A stretch of 64,000 nt of DNA from Stegostoma tigrinum. Lineage: Eukaryota. Below, piece by piece: positions 62,587-64,000 of this stretch. The notes below the pieces were generated by a model. It was given only the letters and a program-made list of their open reading frames with translations. It did no database searches and was not told where the DNA came from. The stretch covers positions 682,001-746,000 of the forward strand of contig NC_081393.1 in NCBI RefSeq assembly GCF_030684315.1, given 5' to 3'. The translations under genes were made by a program, and so were the position numbers. How positions within the stretch are numbered: the first letter of the stretch is position 1; each line of letters starts with the position of its first letter.

Positions 62587-64000
62587 TGAGATAATGGGAA
62601 CTGCAGATGCTGGAGAATTCCAAGATAATAAAATGTGAGGCTGGATGAACACAGCAGGCCAAGCAGCATCTCAGGAGCACAAAAGCTGACATTTCGGGCC
62701 TGGACCCTTCATCAGACAGGGGGATGGGGAGAGGGAACTGGAATAAATAGGGAGAGAGGGGGAGGCGGACCGAAGATGGAGAGTAAAGAAGATAGGTGGA
62801 GAGAGTATAGGTGGGGAGGTAGGGAGGGGATGGGTCAGTCCAGGGAAGACGGACAGGTCAAGGAGGTGGGATGAGGTTAGTAGGTAGATGGGGGTGCGGC
62901 TTGGGGTGGGAGGAAGGGATGGGTGAGAGGAAGAACCTGTTAGGGAGGCAGAGACAGGTTGGACTGGTTTTGGGATGCAGTGGGTGGGGGGGAAGAGCTG
63001 GGCTGGTTGTGTGGTGCAGTGGGGGGAGGGGACGAACTGGGCTGGTTTAGGGATGCAGAAGGGGAAGGGGAGATTTTGAAACTGGTGAAGTCCACATTGA
63101 TACCATTAGGCTGCAGGGTTCCCAGGCGGAATATGAGTTGCTGTTCCTGCAACCTTGGGTGGCATCATTGTGGCAGTGCAGGAGGCCCATGATGGACATG
63201 TCATCTAGAGAATGGGAGGGGGAGTGGAAATGGTTTGCGACTGGGAGCTGCAGTTGTTTGTTGCGAACTGAGCGGAGGTGTTCTGCAAAGCGGTCTCCAA
63301 GCCTTCGCTTGGTTTCTCCAATGTAGAGGAAGCCACACCGGGTACAGTGGATGCAGTATACCACATTGGCAGATGTGCAGGTGAACCTCTGCTTAATGCT
63401 GAAGCAGAGGTTCACCTGCACATCTGCCAATGTGGTATACTGCATCCACTGTACCCGGTGTGGCTTCCTCTACATTGGGGAAACCAAGCGGAGGCTTGGA
63501 GACCGCTTTGCAGAACACCTCCGCTCAGTTCGCAACAAACATCTGCAACTCCCAGTCGCAAACCATTTCCACTCCCCCTCCCATTCTCTAGATGACATGT
63601 CCATCGTGGGCCTCCTGCACTGACACAATGATGCCACCCGAAGGTTGCAGGAACAGCAACTCATATTCCGCCTGGGAACCCTGCAGCCTAATGGTATCAA
63701 TGTGGACTTCACCAGTTTCAAAATCTCCCCTTCCCCTACTGCATCCCTAAACCAGCCCAGTTCGTCCCCTCCCCCCACTGCACCACACAACCAGCCCAGC
63801 TCTTCCCCCCCACCCACTGCATCCCAATACCAGTCCAACCTGTCTCTGCCTCCCTAACCGGTTCTTCCTCTCACCCATCCCTTCCTCCCACCCCAAGCCG
63901 CACCCCCATCTACCTACTAACCTCATCCCACCTCCTTGACCTGTCCGTCTTCCCTGGACTGACCTATCCCCTCCCTACCTCCCCACCTATACTCTCTCCA
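62587..64000. mobile_element. Penelope-like element 3' region as an inverted duplication (GIY-YIG endonuclease fragment on both strands)
   Basis: FTCTSANVVYCIHCTRCGFLYIGETKRRLGDRFAEH...EQQLIFRLGTLQPNGIN on both strands; arms meet at 63394/63402. Confidence 0.9.

Overview
Eukaryotic vertebrate genomic DNA, very probably an elasmobranch (shark). This is inferred from the HE1-type V-SINEs, CR1/HER1-type LINEs, Penelope-like elements and a 33-bp minisatellite. Splicing by hand (GT-AG sites, consistent intron phases) gives four intron-containing genes, all on the minus strand, in the same order as human 8p21.3. They are: the 3' end of SORBS3/vinexin (58584-51710), a complete PDLIM2 (44840-30661, 9 coding exons, 367 aa), a C8orf58/DUF4657-like gene (about 24736-17672, 5' end unresolved) and the 5' part of CCAR2/DBC1 (promoter about 13.1-13.6 kb, coding exons 9554-1277, continuing off the left edge). 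Most ORFs in the supplied track are spurious or retroelement relics. The most unusual items are (i) about ten Penelope-derived fold-back elements carrying minimal hammerhead-ribozyme cores, including a palindrome with arms of at least 600 bp around a GIY-YIG fragment, (ii) a 78-bp coding tandem repeat that greatly lengthens the SORBS3 SH3-2/SH3-3 linker, and (iii) a 48-bp locally templated duplication of a transposon junction. I see nothing that is clearly a wholly new system. All homology calls come from recalled sequences, not searches.
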